Source: an uncultured Nitrospiraceae bacterium (lineage in GTDB: Bacteria > Nitrospirota > Nitrospiria > Nitrospirales > Nitrospiraceae). Taken from it: a stretch of DNA of 64,000 nucleotides. The stretch lies in the NCBI GenBank assembly GCA_963706325.1, contig CAVPLT010000001.1, positions 448,001 to 512,000 on the forward strand. Direction: 5' to 3'. The notes under the pieces were generated by a model. The model ran no database searches. It was not told where the DNA came from and saw only the letters and a list, made by a program, of their open reading frames with translations. Position numbers and translations under genes: made by a program. Shown piece by piece: positions 35,117 through 45,372 of this stretch (the first letter of the stretch is position 1; each line of letters begins with the position of its first letter).

Positions 35117-35650
35117 TCAGACGCCCCCCCAGGAGCGCGCGCCCTGCACAAGATCAGGCTGTCGCTGTTCGAACTGCTTCATCATGAGCGTAATGGCTTC
35201 TTCCGGGCTTTCTACGGCGGCAATGAGACGGCCGCCCAGATTTTTGAAAAATTTCGCTTCGGCCGGCGTCGCCCCTACCAGGATGACCGGTTTTCCCGCC
35301 TTCAGCGCGAGCGCCACCTCCGACACGGTTCCAGCTCCGGTCAAGCCGCAGGCCACCACGACATTGCTAGACATGACATTCACGTTGTTTCGGGCGTTGC
35401 CCATTTCGGTGATGATCGCCAAATCGACATATCTGGAGGCGCGGACCCGAGCCGAGGGAAGCACACCGATCGTCAAACTGCCGGGAACCCGTTTGGCGCC
35501 CTGAGACGCCGCATTCATGACCCCCACATCACGGCCGCCTGTCAGCACCACCCACTCCCTCCGGGCAATCAACTCACCGAGCACGCGTGCGTTGTCGATA
35601 TCTTTCTTTCTGGCCTTAGCCGGACCCATGACGCCCACAATGTATCGCAT
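35117..35650 (-). CDS. LOG / TIGR00725-like Rossmann-fold protein
   Basis: VLTGG..GVMNAASQGA, IGVLP, MGNARNNVNV, GAGTVSEVALALKAGKPV. Confidence 0.85.
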   Translation of the reverse strand: MRYIVGVMGPAKARKKDIDNARVLGELIARREWVVLTGGRDVGVMNAASQGAKRVPGSLTIGVLPSARVRASRYVDLAIITEMGNARNNVNVMSSNVVVACGLTGAGTVSEVALALKAGKPVILVGATPAEAKFFKNLGGRLIAAVESPEEAITLMMKQFEQRQPDLVQGARSWGGV

Positions 35651-35658
35651 GCCGACCC

Positions 35659-36474
35659 TTACATTCGCCCGCCGCACTGCGGCTGCCACCACCCGCTTAC
35701 CGCCACGGTGGCATAATACATGGCCCAGGCTTCCGGATCATCCGCCAGGCTGCAGTACAGGTCGATGTCCGTATCCGCCACCATACCCGTCGCCACATAC
35801 TTCGCGCGAAGTTGTTGAGCTGACAGCTTCATTAGCTGGGGAATCAACCCGCCCCCGGCCGACAGATGGCCCTCATATTCCACCGTCAGTTGGCTCAGGT
35901 GATGCTGCTGAAACAGCGCGGGCAACTTCGCGCCCAGCGCATAGTCCATGCCAATGGACATGAACATGCGTTTTATGGCCACGGTCACGCGCCCGAATGC
36001 CGCCCGCGCTTCGTCGGGGCCGGTCACGGCTCGCGCCCCTTCAAATTCAGGCTCTTCCATGATCACCCAACCACCTGGCTTGACACAGCGAAGCATGCGC
36101 TCAAACGCCGCCTGATATTCGGCGATATGAATCATGACGTACCGGGCATGCACTAGATCGAAGGTGGCCGGAGCAAGCTCCATCTCACAAATATCACCTT
36201 GAAGAATCTCAATGGTCGAACTGCCGCTATTGAGCAGAAACCTCGGGTTGCTGTCGAGGGCCACCACTCTGCCCGAAGGACCCACTCGTTGTTCCAACCA
36301 CCGCACGATAGACCCGGCTCCCGCCCCCACTTCTAAACAATGCCAGCCGGTTGTCAGGCCGCTCGCCAGCATCCGACGTTGCGTGCCCGGATCAAATATA
36401 CGCTCGAGCATCTGCAGCCGCTCGAGCTCGCGCGGCTCTTCCGCCGCATGAAATACATAATCCGTCTTTAACAT
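35659..36474 (-). CDS. Class I SAM-dependent methyltransferase
   Basis: LEVGAGAGS, FDLVHAR, VKPGG. Confidence 0.88.
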   Translation of the reverse strand: MLKTDYVFHAAEEPRELERLQMLERIFDPGTQRRMLASGLTTGWHCLEVGAGAGSIVRWLEQRVGPSGRVVALDSNPRFLLNSGSSTIEILQGDICEMELAPATFDLVHARYVMIHIAEYQAAFERMLRCVKPGGWVIMEEPEFEGARAVTGPDEARAAFGRVTVAIKRMFMSIGMDYALGAKLPALFQQHHLSQLTVEYEGHLSAGGGLIPQLMKLSAQQLRAKYVATGMVADTDIDLYCSLADDPEAWAMYYATVAVSGWWQPQCGGRM

Positions 36475-36530
36475 CTCTCGTCCTTTGTTGGGCGACAGGG
36501 ATACGCGCCAGCGTTCATCTGCCGCATATT

Positions 36531-38165
36531 TTAAAAGCGTGAGCCCGGTAACGCCACGTCGGCTCGTGCCCAGGCAGCACGAAACCGGACCTCTTCCTGC
36601 GCGGCGTCCTTATGCTGGGCCCGCAGACTTTGGACGAGTCCTTGCAATGCCCATCCGTTCTCGGGATTGAGGCGGAGATCATCACGGTAGACTGATTCGG
36701 CTTCATTCGGACGCCCCGCCAGCAACAGCACCGCTCCCAGATTGTGGCGAACCGGGTGAAACCAGAAAGGCGGCTCACTGTACGGCAAGGCGGCCTCCAG
36801 CTGAACCGCCTCGCGGAGGGCCTGAATACCCGCGTCGTACTGCCCCCGTCGGGCTGCCAGTTCCCCCACCAACACCCGTTCGGCCACCTTTAAAATATTG
36901 CGATTGGTTTTAGCCTCCGCTGTTTTGGCCTTGCCAAAAGACTTGAGAGATCTTCTAAGATTGGATAATTCACCCTCGGCACTCCCAAAGCGGGTCGTCG
37001 CGGCGAATGCCAGCCCACGCACATAATGCCAGAGGCCGGTGGTGAATCGCATGGTTTTTGGGGGCGGAGGTTGCCGGATCAATTCGCTCCAGTGACCGAA
37101 TCGCGCCTGAGTCAGGAATAACGTCGGCGCATACCATTCCAGGGACGGTTCTTTGATCACCACTTCGTCTGAAATCTTCGTCAGCAGATCCCGTCCGGCC
37201 TGCAAGGCCTCCGTACTACGGCCCTCCATCATCAAGGAAGCGTTCAGAAAATGGAGATTGTGTGCATAATACCCTGACGCATAGTTCCCCTCCAGCGGAT
37301 GGTGCGCTAAATACTCGTGGTCCACTGTGGCAGCTGTGGCATTGCGTTCAGACGCCTCCCGATAGAGACCGAGACGCATGTAAATATGCGCCGGCATATG
37401 CACGAGATGCCCGGCGCCCGGCATGAGCGCCGGCAAACGCTTGGCGCATTCCAGGGCTCGCTGAGGTTCAGGAGACGCTTCGACGGCGTGAATGTAGTAA
37501 TGGCAGGCGCCCGGGTGAGTCGGGTTTCGCTGCAACGTCGCTTCCAAAGTCGCGACGAGCTCATCCGTCCCCGCTTGAGGGCGCCCATCCGCCCGCCAAT
37601 AGTTCCAGGGTCGGAGAACCATCTGCGCTTCCGCCGACAGCGTCGCCGCATCCACGTCATCAGGATACTCTCGCACTAGACGACGCATGGCCTTCGCATA
37701 GGCCTCGTCCTTCCCCTTCCGGGTGAGGGACCGTTTGAGTGAGTACCGCGACGCCAACGCCTCAACGTACGCCCGCTCCCTTGGAGTAGCCTGCGCCAGA
37801 CGCAACGTAGCCTTATGCAAAGCTTCCACGGCACGAGCCTCCGCCTTCGGATCCATGGCTGCGTTAATGTTCGGCCCCAGGCTCAACGCCACACCCCAAT
37901 AGGGCATAGGGGCATCAGGATCAAGACGGGACGCTTCAGTAAAGGCGGCGATGGCTTCCTCATGATTGAAGGCATAGACCAGCCTGAGCCCTTGATCGAA
38001 AAACTTCTGCGCACGTTCGGATGCCGTCGTGATCTCGTAATGCCACGTGCCGAGATTATCGAACAGCGTCACGTCCGCCCAAACCACGTCAGCGTAAGGA
38101 GACAACGCCAGCCCTACGACTATCACAATGCTCATCACCGCCTGTGCATATCGCCTTCGCGCCAT
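36531..38165 (-). CDS. Exported TPR-like protein
   Basis: FFDQGLRLVYAFNHEEA, HPGACHYYIHAVE, GHLVHMPAHIY, NPENGWAL. Confidence 0.82.
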   Translation of the reverse strand: MARRRYAQAVMSIVIVVGLALSPYADVVWADVTLFDNLGTWHYEITTASERAQKFFDQGLRLVYAFNHEEAIAAFTEASRLDPDAPMPYWGVALSLGPNINAAMDPKAEARAVEALHKATLRLAQATPRERAYVEALASRYSLKRSLTRKGKDEAYAKAMRRLVREYPDDVDAATLSAEAQMVLRPWNYWRADGRPQAGTDELVATLEATLQRNPTHPGACHYYIHAVEASPEPQRALECAKRLPALMPGAGHLVHMPAHIYMRLGLYREASERNATAATVDHEYLAHHPLEGNYASGYYAHNLHFLNASLMMEGRSTEALQAGRDLLTKISDEVVIKEPSLEWYAPTLFLTQARFGHWSELIRQPPPPKTMRFTTGLWHYVRGLAFAATTRFGSAEGELSNLRRSLKSFGKAKTAEAKTNRNILKVAERVLVGELAARRGQYDAGIQALREAVQLEAALPYSEPPFWFHPVRHNLGAVLLLAGRPNEAESVYRDDLRLNPENGWALQGLVQSLRAQHKDAAQEEVRFRAAWARADVALPGSRF

Positions 38166-38457
38166 TGACCATGCTCCCGATTGGTTCTATTCACTCCGCG
38201 GATGCGTCCGTCATCCTTGGAGACTCCACCACCGCAGGGAAAGGCACAAATTAGCAGCCCCGTCGGGAAGATACTAGTCGGAGGCCACAAGCAGGGAATT
38301 CCTTCAATGAATTGCACGAGTCCGTCGCAGCGGGTCGGCGGCAATGGGGAATTCGAGGCGCCCGGTTCAACTGTCGGCAAGAGAAGCGTCAAGAGACATG
38401 CGAAGGTCTTTGAGGGATCAAGGGAGACTCGATGACCGACGGCTGGATCTACGGAGG

Positions 38458-39159
38458 TTACGCGTTGAGGTAGGGAGTCTGGGTGGGTTCCGTAGCGGTA
38501 TCTCGTCGATCTCTCGACGGCTTCTTGTCGCGAAACGGGAGTGGGCGAGGCGGGACAAGCGACAGTTCAAGGGTGGAAGGCTGTGCCAGTTCCATGTCCT
38601 TGCCCATGTACATCAAAACCTGTTGCTGAGAGGTCACCAGCGCACGGAGGTCCTGCAGTTGCGCCGTCAGGGCATCCACCTGTTCCTGTTGGGCGGAAAC
38701 CTGCTCCCGCAGCTGATCGACCTCAGCTTGCGTGGATTGGGTCTGTTGAAGCACCCACTCCTTGAGCTCGCGGGCTTGGGCCGTCAACACGCGTTGCACG
38801 TAGCTGGCGCGGTCGCGCAGCCTGAAAATCACATCCCCGACCGACCCTTCCCACCGCCGAGCCGGCACGAGCCCGCATTCCGACTGAGACGCCTCTTCGG
38901 CATGCCGGGCCACCGGAGCTCCCAACCACTTCGACAGACGCTGCCCCAACGGCACGACTGCCCGCTCCTCGGAACGTCCGTGCTGGCACCAGTCCTCAAA
39001 GCGTTCGGTGATATCCTCCAGTTTCACGAACACCTTGCTGATGCTCGCGCGCAACGGTGAGGGCGCAAATGGATTGACCCCGCCCTTCTCTCCTTTGTCA
39101 GGAGCGAAGGTCAGAAGATTCACCGGTTTTTCAGCTAAACGATGCTGTTTCCGCGTCAT
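38458..39159 (-). CDS. Hypothetical coiled-coil protein
   Basis: Gln/Leu heptad-rich C-terminal half. Confidence 0.6.
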   Translation of the reverse strand: MTRKQHRLAEKPVNLLTFAPDKGEKGGVNPFAPSPLRASISKVFVKLEDITERFEDWCQHGRSEERAVVPLGQRLSKWLGAPVARHAEEASQSECGLVPARRWEGSVGDVIFRLRDRASYVQRVLTAQARELKEWVLQQTQSTQAEVDQLREQVSAQQEQVDALTAQLQDLRALVTSQQQVLMYMGKDMELAQPSTLELSLVPPRPLPFRDKKPSRDRRDTATEPTQTPYLNA

Positions 39160-39312
39160 ACATGGACCACGATCTTATCGGTTGAAGCTCATTTATTCAT
39201 TACTCTTTCCCATGAGCCTAGTCAATGGTCAGAGCAGGGTTTTTTCCAGCATCGAAGCAACCACGCGAGGAGGATTCGTCGCATCCGGCCGACTGGTGCG
39301 AAGTCGGGCGCA

Positions 39313-40659
39313 TCAAAAGCGGGTGACGCTGGAGAAATTAAAATTGTGCAGCCGCAAGGCCGGCACCAAAGCCTTGCCGCTTTCCGATGTCACCGCTTCC
39401 GCGGGCATCGTATAGGCATCGACATGGTTGAAAGCGCGTAGCGGGCTGTCATGGAACCGGAAGTTCCGCACGGCCGACACAATCTCGCCATTCTCGATCA
39501 AGAAGGTTCCGTCCCGGGTCATGCCGGTCAGCGTCAGGTCCGATGGATTGACTGGGCGGATATACCAGAAATTAGTCACCAGGATACCCCGCTGCGTCGT
39601 GCGGACAAGATCGTCGACGCGCGCTCCGTGAGGATGTTCACCCGACAAACAGGGCGACTCCAGGGTCGTCACGGGATCGATATGATGTTCCTGCGCAGTA
39701 TAGCGATCATGAAGCAGCTGAGTGAGTACGCCCGCCTCGATCCAGGTCGAACCGATCACAGGCAGCCCCTCATCCGTGAATCCCTGTCCAAGAAGATCGG
39801 CATGGTCCGGCCGATTGCGCAACGACAGTCTCCGGTCGAGAATGCGCATGCCCATCTTTCCGCTGAAGGGACTCGTCCCCTTGTAAAAGGCTTTCGCGTC
39901 TAGCATCCAGATCATCCAACTCAAGAGCCCCGCAACGGCTGCCGGTTCGAGAATGACCGTGTACCGTCCGGGCGGCAATTCCTGCGGTTCATCCGCGCCT
40001 CGCTTCGCCTTATTGATGGCTGCCAAGGTGCGCTCTTGAACATGCAAGTGATCGATAGACCGGTGAGCGGCTGCCGACCAGCCAGTGGCTTCCCCGGCCT
40101 GCACGGTGAGGCTGAAACGTCCTTCGGTCCGTTCCTCGTAGGCGGCCAATCCGGTGCTGGAGGCCAGCGCCGTGACTGCCACGCCAGAGGCCACCGTCCC
40201 GGCCGCGTTGAGATTTTCCATCTTGCATTGCCCGATCGCTTCGCGCGCGTAATCCAGGCGCCGCGCGGGACCTGCGGCAGTCGTTTCGGGGCGCGACGTG
40301 GGCGGCGGCACATACGATTGCGGCCCGAGGGGCGGAAGATACTCCGGGTCTTCGGGTGAGACGCGAGCAATGCGCTCTGCCAGGGCGAGCGTCTCTCGCA
40401 CGGCGCCGGCGGTGAAGTCCGTGGTGGTCGCGGTGCCATGGCGCTGCCCGAATGCGACGGTGATCGCCAGCGTTCCACGACGCTGATTCACGTTTTGAAT
40501 AATTTGGTTGTTCGCAAAGCGAGTCGTCCCGCCATGGACATCGCGCAACGACAGAAACGTGTGATCGCCGGTGGAGTGCTTCAACACGAGATCGGTCAAG
40601 AAGTCGAACTCCTGCCGACTCGTCATCTTTGGCCAGGCGTCAGTAATGGCCGAGGTCAT
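39313..40659 (-). CDS. TldE/PmbA family protein
   Basis: TRFANNQIIQN, PGRYTVILEP, TGMTRDGTFLIENG; coupled to tldD. Confidence 0.88.
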   Translation of the reverse strand: MTSAITDAWPKMTSRQEFDFLTDLVLKHSTGDHTFLSLRDVHGGTTRFANNQIIQNVNQRRGTLAITVAFGQRHGTATTTDFTAGAVRETLALAERIARVSPEDPEYLPPLGPQSYVPPPTSRPETTAAGPARRLDYAREAIGQCKMENLNAAGTVASGVAVTALASSTGLAAYEERTEGRFSLTVQAGEATGWSAAAHRSIDHLHVQERTLAAINKAKRGADEPQELPPGRYTVILEPAAVAGLLSWMIWMLDAKAFYKGTSPFSGKMGMRILDRRLSLRNRPDHADLLGQGFTDEGLPVIGSTWIEAGVLTQLLHDRYTAQEHHIDPVTTLESPCLSGEHPHGARVDDLVRTTQRGILVTNFWYIRPVNPSDLTLTGMTRDGTFLIENGEIVSAVRNFRFHDSPLRAFNHVDAYTMPAEAVTSESGKALVPALRLHNFNFSSVTRF

Positions 40660-42113
40660 CCCGTTGCTTGTCCCGTGATCACATCGACCCGCCGAAAGCG
40701 GGCGTGCGAGGCGGCGTGAGTCATCCAGCCGGCTTGGCCAGGCTGACCTTTGCCGCACGTGATAAATCCGTACCTTCGGCGATGGGTATGGTCGGCAACG
40801 CCATCGCAGCGGCCCCAAAACTCGGGCGTAATGCCGTGATAAATGACATCCCGGAGCATATGCGTGCGCCGACCGTTTTCGATCAGCCAAAACGCGTCGC
40901 CTCCGAACTGGAAATTGTACCGCCGCTGATCGATGCTGTAAGAGCCATGGCCCTCGATGTAGATCCCGCGCTTTACATCAGCAAGGAGTTCGTCCACTGT
41001 CGCCCTACCCGGCTCAAGACCGATGTTCGCAATGCGGACCATCGGCACAGTCGCCCAACTATCGGCACGGTTCGACCCGCGGGAACGCGCTTCTTGAATT
41101 CTCGGCGCCACTTCACGATTCGTGCAGTACCCGACAAAGACGCCCTCCCGCACGATGTCCCACCGTTGGCAACTCACCCCATCGTCGTCGAAGCCCGTTG
41201 CCGCCAGCGTCTGCGGTTCGGTGTTGTCGGCCACCAGATTCACGTACGACGAGCCGTAGCGGTATGTCCCGCGCTTGTCAGGCGTGAGAAAGCTCGTCCC
41301 CGCATAATTGGCCTCATAGCCGAGCGCACGGTCCAATTCACTGGGATGTCCGCAGGACTCGTGCATCGTCAATGAGAGATGTTCCGGGTCGAGCAACAGA
41401 TCGTAGCGCCCGGCCTCGACCGCCGGAGCCCGCACCTTCTCCACCGCTTGCGCCGCAATACGCGCGCCTTCACGAATGAAATCGCTCTCCTGAATCAGTT
41501 CATAGCCCATGCGCAAATGCGGGGTGTTGAACGAGCGTGTGGCAAACCGTCCGTCATGAACCGCCGTGGCGCTGCAGTCGCCTTGGATGGCCAGTAAGGA
41601 GAACTCCAAATGAGAGCCTTCGGTAGAGACAAAGAGTTTGCGATCACGTTGGGCCCAGAGACTGGCGTGGCTTCTGACCACGCCCACCTGCTGATGGATC
41701 GAGTCCATCGCGTTCAGGAGCAGCGCGGTCTGTTCTTCTAGGGGAACTTCAAAAGGGTCGAGGCGGCAAGGCGTGACGATACGATCACGATGCACCGGTT
41801 CAGGCGCGAGATGGATCTTTTCGATTGCCAGGGACGCCGATCCCTTCGCGATTTCGACGGCTAGCTCCGCCACGCGCGGTATCTCTTCGAGGGAGAGGAT
41901 GGAACTCGCCGCAAAGCCCCAGGCGCCCCGGTGCAACACTCGAATGCCGAACCCGCGGTCGGACGTCTCTCGAATCTGTGCGATGCGCCGGTCCTCCCCA
42001 TTGATGGTGCGCGTCGTGGTATCGAGCAGCCGGATGTCGGCGTATTCGACGCCATCCGCGCGCACGCGCGCGAGCGCCAGCTCGGCCAATTCATCCCACA
42101 GCGGTCCGCTCAT
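40656..42113 (-). CDS. tldD: TldD metallopeptidase
   Basis: HESCGHPSELDR zinc motif, CGKGQP. Confidence 0.9.
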   Translation of the reverse strand: MSGPLWDELAELALARVRADGVEYADIRLLDTTTRTINGEDRRIAQIRETSDRGFGIRVLHRGAWGFAASSILSLEEIPRVAELAVEIAKGSASLAIEKIHLAPEPVHRDRIVTPCRLDPFEVPLEEQTALLLNAMDSIHQQVGVVRSHASLWAQRDRKLFVSTEGSHLEFSLLAIQGDCSATAVHDGRFATRSFNTPHLRMGYELIQESDFIREGARIAAQAVEKVRAPAVEAGRYDLLLDPEHLSLTMHESCGHPSELDRALGYEANYAGTSFLTPDKRGTYRYGSSYVNLVADNTEPQTLAATGFDDDGVSCQRWDIVREGVFVGYCTNREVAPRIQEARSRGSNRADSWATVPMVRIANIGLEPGRATVDELLADVKRGIYIEGHGSYSIDQRRYNFQFGGDAFWLIENGRRTHMLRDVIYHGITPEFWGRCDGVADHTHRRRYGFITCGKGQPGQAGWMTHAASHARFRRVDVITGQATG

Positions 42114-42224
42114 ATCATCTCTTTCATGGCGGGGGATCGCACAATAAATCTAGGTCAGTATACCAACATCGCCGAGGTCGATTCCCGTCTTTTCATCGAC
42201 CCGCCGTTCGCCTATGATCACCGC

Positions 42225-42551
42225 ATGCCGCCCATCGAACGCACTTCCCGCCAACGCCTCATCGAACTACTGACCGGCACATTGCTGTCCTCGCATCAAC
42301 TGGCCCCGCTCCTGGGAATTCCGGAACGCCAGGTCGAAGAGCATCTCACGCATATCGTGAAGACTATCGCCCGCGACCCCTCGCGCACGCTTCTCTGGGA
42401 ACCGTCTGAATGTCTGGGCTGCGGGTTCACCTTTCGTGACCGGACCAGGCTGACTCGTCCCAGCCGTTGTCCGCACTGCCGCAATGAAGCGATCACGGCT
42501 CCTCGTTATGGCATACGTGAAAAGACCGCGACATCGCACAAGATGGCTTGA
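42225..42551 (+). CDS. HTH plus Zn-ribbon transcriptional regulator (COG3357-like)
   Basis: RQRLIELL...EHLTHIVKT...CLGCGFTF...PSRCPHC. Confidence 0.8.
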   Translation: MPPIERTSRQRLIELLTGTLLSSHQLAPLLGIPERQVEEHLTHIVKTIARDPSRTLLWEPSECLGCGFTFRDRTRLTRPSRCPHCRNEAITAPRYGIREKTATSHKMA

Positions 42552-42605
42552 AACTCCCGGCGCCGTAGGAGACACTGTGCCTCAAGCGCTGTCAAGGAAT
42601 GTCCA

Positions 42606-42830
42606 ATGACCAGTATGTATGCCGGGATTATCTTGACTATACTTCTGCTGAGCTCGGCTTGTGGTCCCGATCAGGCGGCGCAACAGCTGGAGATCGCCCA
42701 GTTCGAAGAACGGCAGGGCAACAAGTCCCATGCGAAGGAACTCTACCAGGACATTATCATTCGATATTCCGACAGCCCTGCGGCCCAAACCGCCCGCACT
42801 CGACTGGCGGAACTTGCCGACAAGCCGTGA
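42606..42830 (+). CDS. Small TPR-like lipoprotein
   Basis: LSSAC lipobox; YQDIIIRYSDSPAA. Confidence 0.7.
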   Translation: MTSMYAGIILTILLLSSACGPDQAAQQLEIAQFEERQGNKSHAKELYQDIIIRYSDSPAAQTARTRLAELADKP

Positions 42831-42833
42831 CTG

Positions 42834-43631
42834 TCACGGCTGCCGCGGAAACCAAGGAATGAATGCGTTCGTCGTACGCTGGTACGTGGCGTACTCCTCG
42901 CCACGCGTCTCCATGGACTGGGCCTCGGTCCAGGGAATGCCGGTAATCTTCAACAATGCCACGCCCATAGCAACCGGACCGATCAGCGTCAGGCCCCAAT
43001 TTCCCATCGGGATGGCCAATCCCATCAGCACATAACTCCACCAGTGCAGCCATTCGAAGAAGTAGTTGGGGTGGCGGGAGTAGCGCCAGAGACCGATCCG
43101 GCACACACGGTCCTTGTTCCAGGCCTTACCACGGAAGGCGGCGAGCTGTCGGTCTGCGACGGTCTCTCCGATGACGGCCACGCTCCAGAGCAGAAACCCG
43201 GCCAAATCCCAGAAGTGAAATGGAGGATGCGGGTTCTGCATGACCACGAGCGGAGGGAGAGAAAATAAGGCGATAGCGGCCGCCTGCAGGTGAAAGTAAC
43301 CAAACATCCTTGTGGATGCCTGTTTGCCCCATCGAAGGCGCAGGCTGCGGTACCGTCCGTCTTCTGTCTTATTCCAAACGCGATCGACGAGCACATGTGT
43401 GCCAAGACGGACGGCATAGCAGAAAACCATTACTGCCACGAGCCACCGTCTGGCCGGTTCACCTGAAACGGAACTCGCGTACCACAGCACGACTAACGCC
43501 AAGCCGTAACACCACCCTACGTCGGCAATAGACGCGTTGCGCAATCGGCAATCAACGATCCAGAGCAACGCCATCACAATCGCCGAAGCAAGCCAGCCGG
43601 TTACGAGAAGTGAAAGAGGGTCCGTCGCCAT
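42834..43631 (-). CDS. DUF1295 membrane protein (steroid 5-alpha reductase-like)
   Basis: EDGRY, GLWRYSRHPNYFFEW, YQRTTNAFIPW. Confidence 0.9.
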   Translation of the reverse strand: MATDPLSLLVTGWLASAIVMALLWIVDCRLRNASIADVGWCYGLALVVLWYASSVSGEPARRWLVAVMVFCYAVRLGTHVLVDRVWNKTEDGRYRSLRLRWGKQASTRMFGYFHLQAAAIALFSLPPLVVMQNPHPPFHFWDLAGFLLWSVAVIGETVADRQLAAFRGKAWNKDRVCRIGLWRYSRHPNYFFEWLHWWSYVLMGLAIPMGNWGLTLIGPVAMGVALLKITGIPWTEAQSMETRGEEYATYQRTTNAFIPWFPRQP

Positions 43632-43819
43632 GGTTCGATCATCCAGAAGAAGTTGTGTAACCGAATTCGCCTCACAAGCTTACGACGCCTTTGGGCAAGA
43701 AGAAATCTCACGCTCGCGACGATGCACGAAGGCAAGCCGAACATGCGGTCTCGAAAAGATCTGTAGGTAGAGCGCGACATTCGCCGAATTCCGGCGTCTG
43801 TCCAAACATTACTCCAGAT

Positions 43820-44704
43820 CTATCGACTGTCGTAAGTTGGATCATCCCAGAAATCCTGGCCTGCCTCCCTGCGCGCAGTCATCCACTGTCGGAAACCCGG
43901 CAGGCGGAAGGAGAGGAGTCTTTGCATCTTGTCGCTGCGCATCGAGAGATCAGGCGGACGGGGCGGCCCTTTGTAGTCCGCCACAGAGCCAGGTTGAATG
44001 GCTGACGTGAGTTCCGGATACCAGCGCGTCAGCAGTTCGCCGATCTCCCATCGAGACAATCGCTCACAGCCCCCCAGATGGTACAGGCCCGATCGCTGCT
44101 GGGCGGCGAACTCCCAGAGCCCGCGCGCGAGGGCTCCTGCCGGGATCGGACAACGAAATTCGTCGGTGAAGAGCGTCAGTTTCGTTCCGTTCACAGCGGC
44201 CAGCACCATATCTTCAACGAAACTTCTGTCGCGAGTGGGCGATGTGCCGGCCGTCAAGGCAATGCGAATCACCGCGTGGGACGGATTCTGCAGTACGATC
44301 CGCTCCGCTTCCGCTTTGGTCTGTCCATACACGTTGAGCGGATTCACCTCGTCTGGTTCCACATAGTTCCCTTTCGTTCCATCGAAAACCTGATCGCTGG
44401 AAAGGAAGACGAACGGAAGGTCACGGGCCAAGTCCGCCAGCTGGGTAGTCGCATCGACGTTGATTCGCCTGGCTCGCGCCGGGTCTTGTTCACAGACCCC
44501 AGTTCGACTGAGCGCCGCGCAGTGTATGACAAGGTTGGGTCGGTGTCGCTGCCAAAGCGTCCTTATCTGGGTTGAATCAGTCAGATCCACCTCAGCCCTG
44601 GTCAGGCCTCGCACATCCCAATGGGGCACCCAGCGCGGGGCGGAGCGGACTAGATAGCCGCCGATGAGACCGGCCGCTCCGGTGATCAATGCGATTGGTT
44701 TCAT
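43820..44704 (-). CDS. dTDP-4-dehydrorhamnose reductase-like SDR
   Basis: TGAAGLIG, SSDQVFDG, YGQTK, RPPDLSM. Confidence 0.85.
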   Translation of the reverse strand: MKPIALITGAAGLIGGYLVRSAPRWVPHWDVRGLTRAEVDLTDSTQIRTLWQRHRPNLVIHCAALSRTGVCEQDPARARRINVDATTQLADLARDLPFVFLSSDQVFDGTKGNYVEPDEVNPLNVYGQTKAEAERIVLQNPSHAVIRIALTAGTSPTRDRSFVEDMVLAAVNGTKLTLFTDEFRCPIPAGALARGLWEFAAQQRSGLYHLGGCERLSRWEIGELLTRWYPELTSAIQPGSVADYKGPPRPPDLSMRSDKMQRLLSFRLPGFRQWMTARREAGQDFWDDPTYDSR

Positions 44705-45372
44705 CTGTTACCCCGACCCAGCCGCCTGATTTCCGGCACTTCAACCACTCGCGTCCGCGCCGGTACATGTTCAATGGACCAGACCATGGCGGCGAGCATC
44801 TCCCGAATCGTGACGAGGCCCAGTCGGGTCGCGGCATCACGCGTGGCGGGGAGACGTTCCAGCAGGGAGTACACCGGCAGTAAAGCCATCGGCCACCAAT
44901 GCCCGGGGCCGAGAATATACCAGGGCCTGAGGATGGTGGCGATCAATCCGGCCTTCTCGATGGCAGCTTCGCATTCCGATCGAACCGCAATATAGTCCTT
45001 CATCAAGGGAGCGGGATGAGCAACGCTCACATAGATAAAATGCTGCACCTTCGCTGCGCAGGCTGCACGAATCGCCGCCATGGCCGAGGGCCCGTCGATG
45101 GCGCGAAACTGGCAGCCCTTCCAGGGGGCTGGTTTCGGGATACCCACCAACTGAACGAAGGTGTCGCAGCCCTGCACTTGCTTGGTAAACGTCTGAGCCT
45201 CCAGCGGGTTACCGACGATGACGGAGCAGCCTGGGAGAACCTTCGAAGCGGAATCCCGGCGAGCCAGGGCGGTGACGTGATGGCCGCGACCGAGTAAGAG
45301 CGGAATAAGCCTGGATCCCAGATAGCCGGTCGCGCCGGTGATGAAGAGGCGGCGGGCGTTGGTTGATGTCAT
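44701..45372 (-). CDS. NAD(P)H-binding atypical SDR / epimerase
   Basis: ITGATGYLGS, ILRPWYILGPG. Confidence 0.85.
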   Translation of the reverse strand: MTSTNARRLFITGATGYLGSRLIPLLLGRGHHVTALARRDSASKVLPGCSVIVGNPLEAQTFTKQVQGCDTFVQLVGIPKPAPWKGCQFRAIDGPSAMAAIRAACAAKVQHFIYVSVAHPAPLMKDYIAVRSECEAAIEKAGLIATILRPWYILGPGHWWPMALLPVYSLLERLPATRDAATRLGLVTIREMLAAMVWSIEHVPARTRVVEVPEIRRLGRGNR